A stretch of DNA of 64,000 bases from Pachysolen tannophilus NRRL Y-2460 (taxonomy: Eukaryota), in the NCBI GenBank assembly GCA_001661245.1, contig KV454011.1, positions 1,328,724 through 1,392,723 on the forward strand. The letters run 5' to 3'. Positions within the stretch are counted from its first letter, which is position 1. Each line of letters opens with the position of its first letter. Made by a program: the position numbers and the translations under genes. The notes under the pieces were generated by a model, which saw only the letters and a list, made by a program, of their open reading frames with translations, was not told the origin of the DNA and searched no databases. Shown piece by piece: positions 23,677-35,775 of the stretch.

Positions 23677-26600
23677 TTAGACGGAGACGTTATCAACCAC
23701 TATCATATCAGGTTCTTCATTACAATTATAAGTATACTGCTGAGAAGGATTCCAAGTCGCTACTGGAACGCTTAACAGTTTCTTTTCCCTTCTACGATCT
23801 CTTTCAAAGTCTTTCCATCTTTTTTGAATAATACTGGAGCCATCAAATTCCCCTGCATTTTCGTCGTGACCACCCCCTTTTATATCAGATGCCGTTTTTC
23901 TAGTATCACCCCAACTAAAATCATCAAACTTCCAATATGCATAAGCTGGTAATATAAAATTCCAAACAGGCAAAGCAAACATATAGATTATCATCCAAAG
24001 AACGTACATCCAACTTGAAACAGTAACGATGACCAATAGTCCTGGTAATCCAAATATCACGGCCAACAAAATCAATGTCAATACTGGTGTGGGCTTTGAG
24101 ACAATGGAGAAAATTATAACATAAAACGTGAAGCAAATTGCTGCAGGTAAGATTAGAGTACCTATCAACTCAATAGCGATAACAAATTGCATTGAAAAAC
24201 AAAATGTACCGCATAAATCTTTGATTAGAACTAGCTCCATCAAATTATGCACAGTAGAATTGATCCAACGGCGACGTTGTGATAATAATACAGAAAACTT
24301 ATCTGGCACAATAGTTTTACAAGCTGCTTTAGGGACGAAAATTTGCTTTCTCTTGGGGAAAGTTCTTAACATCAATGAAGACAAATAACGATCTTCTCCT
24401 AATAACAATAAATTCTTAGCATGTAAAGTTTCGATAATGTTTTCCGAATATCTCTCGACGATATCAGGATTTGCCAAAATTGGTACCCAATAACCGGTTG
24501 GACCTTTTGGAGCTTTAATACGATACATGCAGAAACAACCGGGAAGACATGTGACACAGCCGAACACAGATTCAAATGCTTTTGCTTGATGATGAGAGAT
24601 GTAATACTCAAAGACTTGAATTGCAGTTACCCAAGACAGAGTTTTATTTGAAATCTTAGTTTCCCCACATAGACCCATCACATCAGGATGCTTAACCATC
24701 TCTGCAACCATATGAGTTAGAGAGTCAGGATAAACTTTTGTGTCAGCGTCAACCATTAAAACAATCTCGTAGAATTCAGTCATTAAACCGGTGACTCTCC
24801 AAATGTTATTCAAGATTTCAAACTCCAATTCCGTCATTCTTTCGTCAAACATGATTTTTTGTAAAAATGACATAATGATTATTTGAGAGTCACGCTTACC
24901 TCTATTCCCTGGTTTAGCTGCGTTTTGCTCAGCTGGAGTTCCACATTTAACGATAGTTACTACTGGAACTCTCTGTTGTTTTTCAAGAGGAACTGTATTC
25001 TCGTCGTATTTATAAAATCCGGCAAAAACCTTTGCCATATTGTGTCTCTTAGTCCCTTGGGCTACAGAAACATAAGAATATGCTTTAACTTTATCTTCTG
25101 GAATAGCAAAATCAGTCATCATATTCAAAGCTATTTCGGGAGTGGTTTTATCATTACCAGAACCCTTAATCAAACCATCACATAAAATCACAATTAATTT
25201 GTGAGAATTTGGATAATCTGTGGTAGAAACTGAATCTAAAGTAGTTCTTAAACCACTTTCATCTTCTGAGTAACATGTAACTAAACAGATTGTGTGAGCC
25301 AATGGAAAATCATAAGGTTCATAGTCAACAGGTGGTTGTGGGACAACATCTGGAAGAACAATATCGGACAATAAACTTTGAATGTTATAATTATCAAACC
25401 CTCCAATAAGACTTTGATTTGTGGTTTCAAATAGGTTTAGTGTAGATTCACGGCGGTTATCTATCACTTCTGTGGAAGATTCATTTTCATAGAGCAAAGA
25501 TGTGGTAGAATGGTGACCATAAGGATTTTTATTAACTATTGTGTGGTGCTGATTTTGGGTTGCTTTATAAGCCTGTGTCCCCATTGTGACATACCTTGAA
25601 ACTTTTCCAGGATTATCATCATTTGCAAGAATCTGCTGGAATTGCTTTGAATCACCTAAAGATGACCTAGATCCTCTACTAAATAAATTTATTTTACTTT
25701 GCGTCTTCTTATTCACACAATAGCTTGCTCTTTGTTTTACAGGAACTTCTTTAATTGGACCTGGAGCATTTATATCATTGGACCAATCATCTATTTTTTT
25801 ATCATGTTCTAACATTGCCATATTGTCCACAATATTTGCACCTTGCTTTCTTGAGACCACCCATTTAAAATAACATGCGACAAAAAATTTTGAAATAACA
25901 ACTGATAAGATGAAGACTAATGAAACATATAGGACAATTATTGAAGCAATGCAACCTAAAGTAACAGAATCAATGGAGCCAACTTTAATGGTTTCAGAAA
26001 GACATTTTGCTGCTTTACGTTCTTCATTTGAAGATAAGAGCAATGAAATATCATGACCCCTCATTGTTTTATCATCTCTCAATCTGTCAAACAATTCAGG
26101 ATAATTGAGATCATCAGATTGAATCCAGTCAATTAAATCCAAGTCTAAAACTTCACCTGAGTAAACAATCAAATTTCTTGATGAATTTTTTATATCTTCC
26201 CAAGTAAAAAATATATTTGCAGCAGCAGTTAAGTCATAATATGCTTCCCTAGCATGTGCTGTTGTATGACACGCATAACCGTTATAATATTCGGCTGCAA
26301 AATTTGGTTTTGTTGAACCATCTTGATCAAATAATTTGCATGGCATGTACCAAGCTAACTCTTCATCATTATAAGGAATTGAGCAATTTGATTTGGGGGT
26401 AATTAAACCTTTACAATTACCATTAACATTTTGAAAGAGGAAAGATGCATCCTTGCCACCAGCATTAGTAGGAGGATATAATATGTTTGCTCCAGCAGAT
26501 ATACCAGCGACTTCTGGGTGAGAAGAACTTGTTAAATCGTATGCTTTTCCATTTATAATTAGATATCCTGTATTTATTTCGTTATTTTTCAATCTAGGTA

Positions 26601-27339
26601 CACCTTTCCCACATACAGAAGCTGTAAAACCAAAAGTTATAAACGCAACAAAAGCACCGATATACAAAATGATTGAAATCAATGCCATTTTTTCTCTCCA
26701 TGCGAATTGCCTAGTTTTTGATGTGAGCCCACATAATTTCAATAACGGAGCAGGAGCCCAAAAAGTTATTACCCAACAATATGCTTGCCACAAATTCATT
26801 TTATTTGAATTATTTGTCTTTTCGATATTAGTAGCCAGTACCAATGGTCGCTCAGCGTAATAGTAGCAACTTTCAAACTCATCATTTTCCAAACCACAAG
26901 CTTTGAGACTAGCCTTCAGCTCATCTTTTTCATCTTGATGAGGCATCTCAAGATCATTTCTATTACTACTAGAAGTCAAATCATCCAACTGTATATCACC
27001 CTCTCTTTCATAATCATCTCTGTATACTTTTTCTTCTTCTTCTATTTCTTCCTCTTCATTTAAAGGAGCACTTGTAGAAACTTTAGAACGCCTTGATTTT
27101 TTACTATTGGATCTTGTCATACTTGATGTCCTTGTTGGATCTAATCCAGTAGAAGATGGCCTTATATGTAAATGATCAGCTTCCTGGTTAACAACTTGGA
27201 CGTAATGATAATTTGGATTTGAAGGGTCATCCATGCGTGCTCTTTCATGCCTTACCAACGATTTTTTTCTTTGAAAATTTGGACCTGTTTCTGCATCAAA
27301 TTCATGGTATTTCTGGGAGGAGCTACTGGAAGATTTCAT
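23677..27339 (-). CDS. CHS3: Chitin synthase class IV
   Basis: AWREK, cytochrome b5-like domain, TCYSED, KPGNRGKRDSQ, LGEDRYL, QRRRW; first ATG at 27339. Confidence 0.95.
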   Translation of the reverse strand: MKSSSSSSQKYHEFDAETGPNFQRKKSLVRHERARMDDPSNPNYHYVQVVNQEADHLHIRPSSTGLDPTRTSSMTRSNSKKSRRSKVSTSAPLNEEEEIEEEEKVYRDDYEREGDIQLDDLTSSSNRNDLEMPHQDEKDELKASLKACGLENDEFESCYYYAERPLVLATNIEKTNNSNKMNLWQAYCWVITFWAPAPLLKLCGLTSKTRQFAWREKMALISIILYIGAFVAFITFGFTASVCGKGVPRLKNNEINTGYLIINGKAYDLTSSSHPEVAGISAGANILYPPTNAGGKDASFLFQNVNGNCKGLITPKSNCSIPYNDEELAWYMPCKLFDQDGSTKPNFAAEYYNGYACHTTAHAREAYYDLTAAANIFFTWEDIKNSSRNLIVYSGEVLDLDLIDWIQSDDLNYPELFDRLRDDKTMRGHDISLLLSSNEERKAAKCLSETIKVGSIDSVTLGCIASIIVLYVSLVFILSVVISKFFVACYFKWVVSRKQGANIVDNMAMLEHDKKIDDWSNDINAPGPIKEVPVKQRASYCVNKKTQSKINLFSRGSRSSLGDSKQFQQILANDDNPGKVSRYVTMGTQAYKATQNQHHTIVNKNPYGHHSTTSLLYENESSTEVIDNRRESTLNLFETTNQSLIGGFDNYNIQSLLSDIVLPDVVPQPPVDYEPYDFPLAHTICLVTCYSEDESGLRTTLDSVSTTDYPNSHKLIVILCDGLIKGSGNDKTTPEIALNMMTDFAIPEDKVKAYSYVSVAQGTKRHNMAKVFAGFYKYDENTVPLEKQQRVPVVTIVKCGTPAEQNAAKPGNRGKRDSQIIIMSFLQKIMFDERMTELEFEILNNIWRVTGLMTEFYEIVLMVDADTKVYPDSLTHMVAEMVKHPDVMGLCGETKISNKTLSWVTAIQVFEYYISHHQAKAFESVFGCVTCLPGCFCMYRIKAPKGPTGYWVPILANPDIVERYSENIIETLHAKNLLLLGEDRYLSSLMLRTFPKRKQIFVPKAACKTIVPDKFSVLLSQRRRWINSTVHNLMELVLIKDLCGTFCFSMQFVIAIELIGTLILPAAICFTFYVIIFSIVSKPTPVLTLILLAVIFGLPGLLVIVTVSSWMYVLWMIIYMFALPVWNFILPAYAYWKFDDFSWGDTRKTASDIKGGGHDENAGEFDGSSIIQKRWKDFERDRRREKKLLSVPVATWNPSQQYTYNCNEEPDMIVVDNVSV

Positions 27340-28665
27340 AATATAAAGATCTTTGGAAAAAATTAGATATAAAAATGTCAATTACAATGCAATGCAAAAA
27401 TGCTGGGAACAAGTACAAATAAAATAAATAAATTAATAAACAAACAAACAAACAACTAAAATAAAGAAAAGATAATTGATATTGATAAGTAGTAAATCAA
27501 CTTGGATAAAAGAGATTTTAACGTAAAAAATGACCAACAATTGGCAATAAAATTGAAATATTTGATAAACTGACCTAAGCGCTGTTGAATAAAAGTGATA
27601 GGTACAAGTGTTTACTTACTTTCTGATTTAAAATATCTTTTTAAAGAGTTCTTTCTTATGCTTTTGCAGAAACTAAAAAATCATCATTTACCGCTTTAGG
27701 AAATAGATTAGATTTTTGTTTTAATCCAGAGAAACTAGTGATACTTTTCAAAAGGGGTTTCCATACAATTATACCAATTAGAATAGCTTTATATCAAATT
27801 TAAAAATTATATTTGCAGAAATATGATTACAAGAATCTCACAATTGGATTCATAGATAATTTAATCAATTCCAAGAGATTATAAACTATCAATTGATAGG
27901 AATTTAAGGTCGAGATGAGGTCCAAAAATATTACAACAAAACACAATTATTCTTCCTCATTGGGATAAATTAAAAGTTACATACACGACCATCAGAGCAA
28001 AAAGTGTTAAAATGGCTTTTTTTTTCTTATAGAAACACCACCAACCGCTATTTGCAATACAAATGTATACGAAATGGACAATCAGTTAACGGATGTGTTG
28101 TTATTAACATCGTATGTAAAGATCATTCTTCAATTTCAAGATTTAAGTTGTTTTACTCAAAGCGCAAGGTACAATAGGTTCTTTTGAAAAGAACACAAAA
28201 GGGGAAAAAAAAAATTACTGAATTTTTTATAAATTTGATTTGATCAGAAATTTGGGTATACTGGGTCTTCAACGTGAAGAGTACAAAAATAGTTCACTCG
28301 GACTGGTGCACAGCGTTTATATCGTCACTTCAAATCAATAATATAATAAAAAAAACAATAACGAAAAAGCAAAGAAAAAAAAAGAAAAAAAAGAAACAAA
28401 TGACTTCTTTCAACTGAAAGCAAAAGCAAAAAAAGAATGAGTCTAATTTACAGCCATCTGTTTCTATATTCCAAAAGTACGGAGAAGCAAAAGATCCATA
28501 CAAGTTGTGGATTAATTAAAATTAAACAAATAAATAAATAAATAATTAAAAGAATAAAGAAATAAAACAAAAAGAAAAAACTTTTTATATTCAAATTCTT
28601 TTCGTCGTCGTCGTCCTCTCAAAAAAGACAAAAAAAAATTTTTTTTTTTTTTCATTCTGTTCGAT

Positions 28666-28673
28666 TTACCCGG
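28666..28673 (+). promoter_or_regulatory. Reb1-type site TTACCCGG
   Basis: Exact consensus next to a poly(dA:dT) tract about 100 bp upstream of the M20 peptidase ATG. Confidence 0.45.
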
Positions 28674-28774
28674 CGAAATGAACGGCGCCAATTCATTCTT
28701 TTCACCTTTTATTTCAGGGCTAGCGCCGATTTGTCTTATCTTTGTTGATACATTTGATAATTATTCGAACAAAT

Positions 28775-29998
28775 ATGAAGGTTTCTGCCCTGATTGTTTT
28801 CACTTTTTTTTCAGTGTTGAGAGGTTCTCTTGGAGCTTTTATTTGGGATTCTTTTAAGCAATTGGATTTTGCTTCTTTGGCTAATGATAATGGTGGGGGC
28901 AAGCAGTTTCTGGAGAGTTCAAATTTACAGTATGATTTATTAGAATTGCATAAAAAATTAATTGTGCATGATTCTATTACTAATAATGAAGGTGATATTG
29001 GTGATTTTCTACTGAATTATTTGAAATCTAAAGGGTTAACTGTTGAGTTAATTCCAGTTGAAAATGGTTCTGATTCTTCTCTGGAAAGATTTAACGTTTA
29101 TGCTTATTTGGGTTCTAAAAGAGATACTAAGGTTCTTTTGACTTCTCATATTGATACAGTTCCACCGTATCTTCCATATTTTGTCCAGGACAACAAGATT
29201 TATGGGAGGGGCTCATGTGATGCGAAGGCATCTGTTGCGGCACAGATTGTTTCATTTTTGGAGTTATTAGAAGATGGTGAAATTTCAGAAGGTGATGTTG
29301 CCTTATTATATGTTGTTGGAGAGGAATACGATGGTATTGGAATGAAAGCTGCTTCTACTTATCTTGAACCAATAAAGAGTTCGTGGAAACTGGTCATTTT
29401 TTCGGAACCAACTGAAAATAAGTTGGGTGTTGGTCATAAGGGGATCTTACTGGCTAAGATCTCGGTTAATGGTAAATCTGCTCATAGTGGTTATCCAGAA
29501 TTGGGAAGAAATGCAAATAATATTCTTATTGGTGTCTTGGAAAAATTGATTAATTTACAATTACCAGCTTCAGACTTGTTAGGTGAATCAACTTTAAATA
29601 TTGGGAAGATTAATGGAGGTATGGCATTAAATGTGATTCCATCTTATGCAGAAGCAGATATTTTAATTAGAGTAGCTTCAGACTTGAAAGAAATTAAAGA
29701 ATTAATTGAAGATATTGTACTTAAGGATAATCAAGAACAATATATTCATTTAGAATTTTTAGTTGATATCAGTGAACAATATCTTAAATATGATATACCT
29801 GGTTTTGAAACTGTAATTTTGAACTATTCCACAGATGTTGGTAATTTAGATGTCGATGTTGAAAAAGTTAAAAAGTATCTTTATGGTCCAGGATCCATAT
29901 TAGTTGCTCATAGCGATAATGAATACGTTGAAGTGGACACTTTAACTAGAGCCGTTGAAGATTATAAAAAATTGGTCAATTACACCCTTGTACATTAA
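28775..29998 (+). CDS. M20 metallopeptidase / acetylornithine deacetylase-like, with signal peptide
   Basis: TSHIDTVPP, GRGSCDAK, VGEE, EPTE, AHSGYPELG, GPGSILVAH; hydrophobic N-terminus. Confidence 0.88.
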   Translation: MKVSALIVFTFFSVLRGSLGAFIWDSFKQLDFASLANDNGGGKQFLESSNLQYDLLELHKKLIVHDSITNNEGDIGDFLLNYLKSKGLTVELIPVENGSDSSLERFNVYAYLGSKRDTKVLLTSHIDTVPPYLPYFVQDNKIYGRGSCDAKASVAAQIVSFLELLEDGEISEGDVALLYVVGEEYDGIGMKAASTYLEPIKSSWKLVIFSEPTENKLGVGHKGILLAKISVNGKSAHSGYPELGRNANNILIGVLEKLINLQLPASDLLGESTLNIGKINGGMALNVIPSYAEADILIRVASDLKEIKELIEDIVLKDNQEQYIHLEFLVDISEQYLKYDIPGFETVILNYSTDVGNLDVDVEKVKKYLYGPGSILVAHSDNEYVEVDTLTRAVEDYKKLVNYTLVH

Positions 29999-30428
29999 GA
30001 TGACCAATAAATAAATAAATAAATAAAGAAAAAAAAAAACCGCATTTATATAGTTATTTATGTATACATATTTCTATATCTTCTGCAAGTGAAAAAATTA
30101 GTTTCACAGAAGACTCAAACAATGTATTTCTTATTTTCAATCTAGCAATAAAAGTAGTTAAAATTATCAGCTATAGTAAAGCAAATTGATAACCCTAAAA
30201 CAAATATAGAATATTTATTTTAGAAACTTTTGCAAAACAAAAAAACTCCTTTACATTATCATGACCATAATACCTACTATGCCAAGTCATAATAACAAGA
30301 GAAATCTTTGCCTTCTAATCATTCAATTAATCAAATAATTAATTAATTAAATAATTAAATAATTAAATGTATTTGATGAAATCTAAGAGAAATTTTTTCC
30401 TGCATAAAGAAAAAAAAAAAAAAAAAAG

Positions 30429-30439
30429 TGAAAAATTTT
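30429..30439 (+). promoter_or_regulatory. RRPE element TGAAAAATTTT
   Basis: Exact RRPE about 70 bp upstream of a ribosome-biogenesis-type gene. Confidence 0.55.
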
Positions 30440-30505
30440 AGTTAAAATAAAAGTTATTAGTAAAAGACTTAGATTTAAACAAGTCAATATTGAAGATAGA
30501 GCGCA

Positions 30506-31606
30506 ATGTCTGGCCATATCCCTGCTTGGAAGCGTATAGGTTTGAATGTGAAGAAGGAACTAGATCAAGATCCTTTATCTATTGCTACTCATTTGGATTC
30601 AAATAAGTTTACTGCTAAACAACAGAAAAAATTAAAGAGATCAAGACAAGAATCATCAATCAATGATGAAGATAAACCAAACAAACCACCGAAAAGAGTT
30701 AAGCTTCCCAAGAGTGAAAGACCTCCACCTCCGGAAAAAGATCAATTACAATATTTAAGATTGTATGTTGAAGATACAGCAAATTGGAAGTTTTCAAAAC
30801 AAAAGCAGAATTGGATCTTAAAACATATAAGGTATATACCGTCAAATTATAATGAGGCATTAAAAAGTTATATTGCAGGATTACAAGGAAATTCGAGGAC
30901 AAGGGTTATAGAGGAATTGAAAAAGATCATTGAGAAGTGGAACAAGCTCGTACAAGAAGCTGAACTGAACGTTCTTAAAAAATTAGAAGAAAATCTCGAT
31001 GATGGTGAAAAAGAAGAAAAAGAAGAACACAAAGATCAGGGGAAAGTGGAAAAGAAGGAAGTGCAAAAGGAGGAAAAGAAAGAAGAAGATGGAGATGCTC
31101 CTGATTATGACTATGCTGTTAGAGCTAGAGAATTACTTGAAATTTTGACTGGTGAAAAATTATTCTTAGAAAGTGACGATAAAGACGAAGAGAAAGAGAA
31201 AGAGAAAGATTCACAGGAAGAAGAAAACAATCAAGTTGATGGTATAGAAAATACATATATTGAAACTCAGAAAGAAGAAGTAGGGGACGAAAAAAATGAG
31301 AAAGAAGAAGACGATAATAATTTGGACAACTTGTTAGTGGAAGAGGTTGAAGTGACAGAATTCCTCGACGATAAGGACTATGAAAGTAAAGAGAGCGAAG
31401 AAGAAGAAGATCAAGAAGAAGAGCAAGAAGAAGAAGAAGCAATCAAGCAGAACAAGTTGGAGAAAACTGGGAAGAAGGAAAAGAAAGAAAAGAAAGATAA
31501 AAAAAAATCCAAAAAAGACAAAGAAGTTAAAAAATCAAAGAAATCGAAAAAATCAAACCACAAGACTGAAACAAAGCATAAATCAAAGGAGACAAAGGAG
31601 GACTAG
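30506..31606 (+). CDS. WKF-domain nucleolar protein (YCR016W/Rbp95-like)
   Basis: MSGHIPAWKRIGL; PPEKDQLQYL...WKFSKQKQNWILK; Y..GLQG.SR; KKE/KKD-rich tail. Confidence 0.85.
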   Translation: MSGHIPAWKRIGLNVKKELDQDPLSIATHLDSNKFTAKQQKKLKRSRQESSINDEDKPNKPPKRVKLPKSERPPPPEKDQLQYLRLYVEDTANWKFSKQKQNWILKHIRYIPSNYNEALKSYIAGLQGNSRTRVIEELKKIIEKWNKLVQEAELNVLKKLEENLDDGEKEEKEEHKDQGKVEKKEVQKEEKKEEDGDAPDYDYAVRARELLEILTGEKLFLESDDKDEEKEKEKDSQEEENNQVDGIENTYIETQKEEVGDEKNEKEEDDNNLDNLLVEEVEVTEFLDDKDYESKESEEEEDQEEEQEEEEAIKQNKLEKTGKKEKKEKKDKKKSKKDKEVKKSKKSKKSNHKTETKHKSKETKED

Positions 31607-31825
31607 CAACCTCATACCTCCAGCAGAAATATATATAGATCACAAACTAATCAATTTAAACGTTGTTTTTAATACTATGTTGTGTTTGTATTGTAATGGG
31701 CCAAGTAGTGTAATCTCAAAATCTTTTATTTAAAATGATCTATTTAAATAGACCAGTAATTCCCCTTAAAATGTTTATATGCTACTATTTAACTTAACAA
31801 CGGACAATTAGTAGAATCATTTATC

Positions 31826-34800
31826 ATGTCACAGGCATCTCAGACTCAGATAAGAAATTTATTTGACTCGACTAAGAATGTTGATCATGATTTAAGGTTT
31901 ATGGCATTGAGTGATTTGTACAAGATTTTAAAAGAAAATGCTGTAGGTTTTAACAATTACAAGCGTAATTCAATTGAGTTATCATCGATCTTGTTGGATT
32001 CATTGGACGATCAGCATTCAGAGATACAAAACCAGGCGGTTAAATGTTTTGGGCCTTTAGTGCCATTGTTGGGGTTGAAAGATATTTTGGACTTAATTAA
32101 TAAGTTGTTATCGATGAAAAATGATGATGAAAGTATAATTACATCTTCTGTATATACAATGGCATTACGTACCATAATTCAAAGCTTATTGGTTTCAAAA
32201 GAAGATGCCAAGCTGATTGCTAGAAATACTTTGCCTCAATTGTTAAATTATGAGTTATTATTGGCAAAAATTGATATAATTGAAATCTTGGGTGATATGA
32301 TTATTTGTCTTGGTGCTTCTTTTGATACTAATCAAATCACTGAATGTTATCAAATTTTGATCATGTCAGCTTTCAATGCAGATAATACTATAAGCAAAGG
32401 TTCAATTTTATCTCTTGGTAGATTGGCTACATATATGGATGAAACCCATTTAAAAGACATTTTAGCTTTAATTGATCAACAATTTGAAAATAGACATAAT
32501 AGTTTTGATAAAAAAAATAATACTTTACAATCTTATGGAACACGTTTATCACTTTTCAATGTTCTTGTTAAAAATGAACCTATAAAATTATTGGTCTCGC
32601 CATTTTTAGAACATATTTTGGAAATTGTTTTCTCTAATTTATTTTTAAATCAAAAGGAAATAGATGAAGATTTTGATAAGCAATTAAGAATTGATCAAGT
32701 AAGAGATGAAGCTTTAACTTGTCTTGAAATTATTGTTTCTAACATAAGGTCTGAAGATTTATCCAGTTATATCACTAGAATTTCAAATATTGCAAATATT
32801 TTTTTAAATTATGATCCGTATAATAATAACAGCGATGATGATGTTGACATAGATGATGAAAATGAATTAGATGAATATGGAGGAGATAGTTCAGAAGATT
32901 ATGCGCTTTCAGATAATGAAGAATTTGAGTACGAGAGAGATGAAGAAGAAAATGATATTGATTTGTCTTGGAAGTTAAGAAAAAATGCCTCTAAATTAAT
33001 TGGATTAATAGTGGAACAACATTCTTTAACTTTAAAACTAATTTATCAATCAAATTTTGAAAATTTGATTAAAAGAATAAATGATAGTTCCATAAGTGTT
33101 TCTTCGGAAATTATCTTAACATTGACAAAGATTATATCGGCAACTTCCAAAAATGGTTCATATTACAGCTTGAAAGTTTATAGTTCAATCAGTACTGACT
33201 TCGAAAAATTAGCCAATTCTGATGATGTCGTTATGGAAGATCAAGAAGAAGTTGATCCGTTAGATTCATTAACAAAGTTTGTTCCACTGATTTGCAAAAT
33301 TTTTTTGGATCAAATGCTTTCTTCTAAAAATATCAATAGATTTAATATTTTTTTCAATTTGTTAATTCAATTAACAAACGCTGTTGGGATTCCAAAGGAT
33401 ATTTTACCAATTTTTTTACAAAAATTAAACAGTTTGAATTTGAAAATAACACTTGATTTATTAAGATTTTACTTAAATTTATTACGTACAAATCCGTTGG
33501 AAAATTTTGGAGAACAATTAAACGTTGTAACTAATTTGATTGCAGCAGCAATTTCTAATGATTCGAGTTATGATTTATCATTAGAGGGTATATCAACTTC
33601 AATTGAATTATTCAAGTCGTTAGATAACAAACCAATAAATATAGCTTTGCTGAATTTAGATGATATCATTATTGAAAAGGCATTATCTAAAAATAATTCT
33701 TGTGAATTGAGAACAAAATCGTTAATTTCATTAAATGAATTTATCTTGAATTATTCTGAAAACTTGAGTGGAACTCAAATTTCAAAAATTTTGAATACAT
33801 TTCAACAATGTTTAAACTATGAATCAATAGTAGAAAGTTCTATTAACTGTATCGGAGGAGTTTGCCATTTGAAAACAATTCAGTTTGAATCTTCATTTGT
33901 AAACTCCATTTTAAGTAAATTATGTGAGTTTTTGAATTTGAATGAATTGAGATATTCTTCTCTAAGAACTCTTTTGATTATATCTGAAAATGAAAAAATT
34001 AATGTTGACGATGATTGCATAAATCAAATAATATTGGGCATTATAAAAGTAATTTCAGAACATCAATTGGATAAAAAATATCTTTCAATTTCATTATATA
34101 TCTTGGGAAATTATTTATCTTCTGTGAAGTCACTTAGTTGTGAGGATGATTTGATCTCATTTTTGACACAGAAATTAATATATTTGAATTGGAATAACCA
34201 GAGTAATGTTGAAGAAGACTCTTTATTGTATTTTTCATCCAAAGTAGCATCAGAGTTGTCAAATGGTCAAGAACTCTTTCAGAAAATCATGTTGATTGAA
34301 GATGAAGTTCATAATACCCGCGAAGATACCACTTTAATTATTCCAAAAATATTAGCAGTAATTGCTACGACGTTAGATATGGATGAAGAAATTCTGAAAT
34401 TTGAACATTTGCTAACTACGACTTCCTCTAAATCTCTTTTTTGTTTATCATTTTTGGGGGAAGCTAGTAAATTTAGGAGACTATCTGTGGGTTTAAACCC
34501 GTTTTTAGAAAAAATAGAAAATGAGAATGAAGAAATGCCTATTAAAATTGCTTCCGCAGTTGCAGTAGGTAATACTATATCATTTGATGTTGATAATTAC
34601 TTACCAATTATATTAAACAAAATGGTTGATTCACAAACCAATAGCAAAATTTTGGATTTATTATTAATTTCTTTGAAACAACTATTGGAAATTAAAATTG
34701 ATCATAATAACAATGAGATAAAACCTGTTAATGGAAATATTTCAGAGTCGAATTATAATGCTATTTGGGAAGTGATATTTAAATATATTAGTGGTCAACT

Positions 34801-35728
34801 TGAAATCACTGAACTGTCTAAAAATAGATTAACCTTAAGCAATCTCGCTGAATTGAATTTATCAGCAGAAATTTTAACTTTAATTTCAATTTTAAAGATT
34901 GATAGAATTCAATTATTAGTTTCTAATATCGATAAGTACGAATCTTTGAGGGTCAAGTATACAATTATTTCAACTATAAAGTATTTCTTGAATTATAATT
35001 CAACGAATGTCGATCATCATGAGCATCAAAATTCGGTTTTACTTGACACTTATCTTTCAAGATTATTAGAAAAATCTTCTTTATTAGTATTCAATGATAA
35101 TTTATCAATTAAACAGGTTGCTGTTCAGTCATTAATAACTTTTTTGCATAATAAACCATTTATTGCGATACCCTTATTACTTAATCTTTTATCAAAAATT
35201 ATGGAAAAAGAATTGACAATGAGAAAAGAATATATAGACACTATTCAAATTGGTCCTTTTAAACATAAAATTGATAATGGTCTCGAGTTAAGAAAATCCA
35301 TTTATGAAATGATATACACTTTAATAATTGCTATTGAAAATAATAAAAATTTGGCTACTGTCATTAGCATTCAAAGAAAACTAAATTATGAGGACATTTT
35401 ATTGGTATCAATAGACAAAGGTTTAAAAGACGATAATGATGTAATTTCATTATCTTGCATCATCATTGGTAAAATTTTAACATTAAATCCTCATTTATTA
35501 TTGTCCAGTAAAGGAAGCATTTTAAACAAGTTAATTGAGAGATCGAATAAAATTATCAATAAAAAATTAAAGGAGAACGATACAAAACAAATAATTGAAA
35601 TGCATGAAGAAAGCGTTAAAGCTGTGAAATCCTTAATTCCTATTATTAATAACATTATCCTGGAAAGTAATATGACTAGTGTTGAATTAGGGGAATGGAA
35701 AATGTTTTCTACTCTGAATAGTAATTAG
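31826..35728 (+). CDS. TIP120: Cullin-associated NEDD8-dissociated protein CAND1/TIP120
   Basis: DHDLRFMALSDL, EIQNQAVKC, YDPY + acidic loop + DLSWKLRK, IGPFKHKIDNGLELRKSIYE. Confidence 0.9.
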   Translation: MSQASQTQIRNLFDSTKNVDHDLRFMALSDLYKILKENAVGFNNYKRNSIELSSILLDSLDDQHSEIQNQAVKCFGPLVPLLGLKDILDLINKLLSMKNDDESIITSSVYTMALRTIIQSLLVSKEDAKLIARNTLPQLLNYELLLAKIDIIEILGDMIICLGASFDTNQITECYQILIMSAFNADNTISKGSILSLGRLATYMDETHLKDILALIDQQFENRHNSFDKKNNTLQSYGTRLSLFNVLVKNEPIKLLVSPFLEHILEIVFSNLFLNQKEIDEDFDKQLRIDQVRDEALTCLEIIVSNIRSEDLSSYITRISNIANIFLNYDPYNNNSDDDVDIDDENELDEYGGDSSEDYALSDNEEFEYERDEEENDIDLSWKLRKNASKLIGLIVEQHSLTLKLIYQSNFENLIKRINDSSISVSSEIILTLTKIISATSKNGSYYSLKVYSSISTDFEKLANSDDVVMEDQEEVDPLDSLTKFVPLICKIFLDQMLSSKNINRFNIFFNLLIQLTNAVGIPKDILPIFLQKLNSLNLKITLDLLRFYLNLLRTNPLENFGEQLNVVTNLIAAAISNDSSYDLSLEGISTSIELFKSLDNKPINIALLNLDDIIIEKALSKNNSCELRTKSLISLNEFILNYSENLSGTQISKILNTFQQCLNYESIVESSINCIGGVCHLKTIQFESSFVNSILSKLCEFLNLNELRYSSLRTLLIISENEKINVDDDCINQIILGIIKVISEHQLDKKYLSISLYILGNYLSSVKSLSCEDDLISFLTQKLIYLNWNNQSNVEEDSLLYFSSKVASELSNGQELFQKIMLIEDEVHNTREDTTLIIPKILAVIATTLDMDEEILKFEHLLTTTSSKSLFCLSFLGEASKFRRLSVGLNPFLEKIENENEEMPIKIASAVAVGNTISFDVDNYLPIILNKMVDSQTNSKILDLLLISLKQLLEIKIDHNNNEIKPVNGNISESNYNAIWEVIFKYISGQLEITELSKNRLTLSNLAELNLSAEILTLISILKIDRIQLLVSNIDKYESLRVKYTIISTIKYFLNYNSTNVDHHEHQNSVLLDTYLSRLLEKSSLLVFNDNLSIKQVAVQSLITFLHNKPFIAIPLLLNLLSKIMEKELTMRKEYIDTIQIGPFKHKIDNGLELRKSIYEMIYTLIIAIENNKNLATVISIQRKLNYEDILLVSIDKGLKDDNDVISLSCIIIGKILTLNPHLLLSSKGSILNKLIERSNKIINKKLKENDTKQIIEMHEESVKAVKSLIPIINNIILESNMTSVELGEWKMFSTLNSN

Positions 35729-35775
35729 ATTTTGTTTTATATTTGTTTCCTTATATACAAATTTTTCCTATATTT

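Noticed and set aside
27382..28660. 1.3-kb intergenic region as host of ncRNA, LTR or centromere
   Set aside because: No box C/D, tRNA, TG..CA LTR or repeat structure seen; consistent with a long divergent promoter.
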